DNA of 64,000 nucleotides. Origin: an uncultured Solirubrobacteraceae bacterium (GTDB taxonomy: Bacteria; Actinomycetota; Thermoleophilia; Solirubrobacterales; Solirubrobacteraceae). This document shows positions 62,712 to 64,000 of the stretch, in pieces (the first letter of the stretch is position 1; the number at the start of each line of letters is the position of its first letter). Under the pieces are notes generated by a model, which did not search any database, was not told where the DNA came from, and saw only the letters and a program-made list of their open reading frames with translations. The stretch lies in assembly GCA_964588985.1 (NCBI GenBank), contig CAZPQW010000007.1:1-64000 (forward strand). Direction: 5' to 3'. A program made the translations under genes and the position numbers.

Positions 62712-64000
62712 TCAGCCGGCGAGCAGGCCGCGGGCGACGAGCAGGTCCATCACGCGCTCGACCTCCTCCTCGACCGTTTCGCGCGAGCTGCCCAGCACGA
62801 GATCCGGTTCGGAGGGCGCCTCATATGGCGCGCCGACACCCGTCAGGCCCGCCAGCTCGCCCGATCGCGCCCGCGCGTAGAGACCCTTCGGGTCACGCTC
62901 CTCGCACAGCTCCAGCGGCGCGTCCACGTGGATCTCGAGGAAGCCCAGGTCGTCGGCCGAGTGCAGCGCCGCGGCCGCCTCGCGGTCGGCCGCGTAGGGG
63001 CTCACTAGGCTGACGAGCGCGATCGTGCCGGACTCCGCCAGCAGCCTCGCCACATGCGCGGTGCGCCGCACGTTCTCCGTGCGCGCGTGCTCATCGAAGC
63101 CGAGGTCGCCGTTGAGACCATGGCGGAGGTTATCCCCGTCGAGCAGGAACGCCGGCTGACCCGCTTCGATCAGGCGCTCCTCCACGGCCGCCGCGACGGT
63201 CGACTTGCCCGCCCCCGGCAGGCCGGTGAACCACAGCGTCGCGCCGCCGTGTCCGAGCGCGCTCCAGCGCCGCTCGCGCGTCATCCGCGTTCCCTGCCAG
63301 CGCACGTTCGGGCTGCGCTCTGTCTTCGGTTCCGCCCCGCTGCCCTCCACCTCCGTGTCGAGGACCACGCCCGCCGCGACCGTTTCGTTGGTCGCCTCGT
63401 CGATCACGATCAGGCTCCCGGTCACGCGGTTGCGCCGGTAGGAGTCGAACACCAGGGGCGCGCTCAGCTGCAGGTGCACCCGTCCGAGGTCGTTCAGCTC
63501 GAGCGTCGTCGCGCCCTCGTCGCGACGCAGGGTCTCCACGTCGATCTTGTAGCGGACGTCGACCGCGCCGACCATCGCGGTACGCGTGGTGTGCTTGACG
63601 ATGTAGCGCCTGCGCGGGCTCAGCGGGTGCTCGGACATCCAGCACAGCAGGCACTCGAAGCTGTTCGACACCGTCGGCTGGTTCTGGGTACGCACGATCA
63701 CGCTGCCGCGGCCCACGTCGATGTCGTCGGCCAGCCGCAGCGCGACCGACATCGGCGGGAACGCCTCCTCGACCGGCCCGTCGAACGTGTCGATCGAGGC
63801 GATCGTCGTGTGCTGGCCGCTCGGCAGCACGACCACGTCGTCGCCGGGGCGCATCACGCCGCCGGCCACCTGACCAGCGTAGGCGCGGTAGTCCGCGACG
63901 CTCGAGGCGGGCGGACGGATCACCCACTGCACCGGAAAGCGCACGTCGATCAGGTTGCGATCGGAGGCGATGTGCACGTGCTCGAGGTGGTAGAGCAGCG
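62712..64000 (-). CDS. cysNC: Bifunctional sulfate adenylyltransferase subunit 1 / APS kinase (3' part; runs off the right edge)
   Basis: RFPVQWVIRP, DYRAYAGQV, TGSLIVID (CysN C-terminal), WFTGLPGAGKST, LDGDNLRHGL, RDPKGLY (CysC). Confidence 0.95.
   Translation of the reverse strand, partial: LLYHLEHVHIASDRNLIDVRFPVQWVIRPPASSVADYRAYAGQVAGGVMRPGDDVVVLPSGQHTTIASIDTFDGPVEEAFPPMSVALRLADDIDVGRGSVIVRTQNQPTVSNSFECLLCWMSEHPLSPRRRYIVKHTTRTAMVGAVDVRYKIDVETLRRDEGATTLELNDLGRVHLQLSAPLVFDSYRRNRVTGSLIVIDEATNETVAAGVVLDTEVEGSGAEPKTERSPNVRWQGTRMTRERRWSALGHGGATLWFTGLPGAGKSTVAAAVEERLIEAGQPAFLLDGDNLRHGLNGDLGFDEHARTENVRRTAHVARLLAESGTIALVSLVSPYAADREAAAALHSADDLGFLEIHVDAPLELCEERDPKGLYARARSGELAGLTGVGAPYEAPSEPDLVLGSSRETVEEEVERVMDLLVARGLLAG

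Overview
High-GC (about 70% by eye) chromosomal segment of an actinobacterium, most likely Thermoleophilia/Solirubrobacterales (inferred from gene content and style, not from a marker gene). It holds about 65 real CDSs; most overlapping ORFs in the track are GC-rich shadow frames. Content: SAM methyltransferases, WS/DGAT, GGT, a coupled parA-ftsZ pair, ArsA/GET3 ATPase, pilT, an rpoD-type sigma, a c-di-AMP riboswitch ahead of rlpA, a secreted collagen-like fibre, glpX plus an oxidative pentose phosphate operon running into egtB-egtD, a DUF433/PIN toxin-antitoxin pair, a STAS-PP2C module, fatty-acid genes, a sulfotransferase, a Fic gene, four GT-C-type membrane proteins, arfB, csp, mscS, uppP, chrA, a PHP-GT4 fusion with a deacetylase, a Zn-ribbon/SPOR operon and a partial cysNC. 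No rRNA, tRNA, CRISPR array or transposase was seen. The best candidate for an undescribed system is the FtsZ that lies outside any dcw cluster, overlaps a Soj-type parA, and carries a ~125-aa N-terminal extension starting with a peptide resembling ParA-activating tails. All family calls come from motif recognition by eye; no searches were run.
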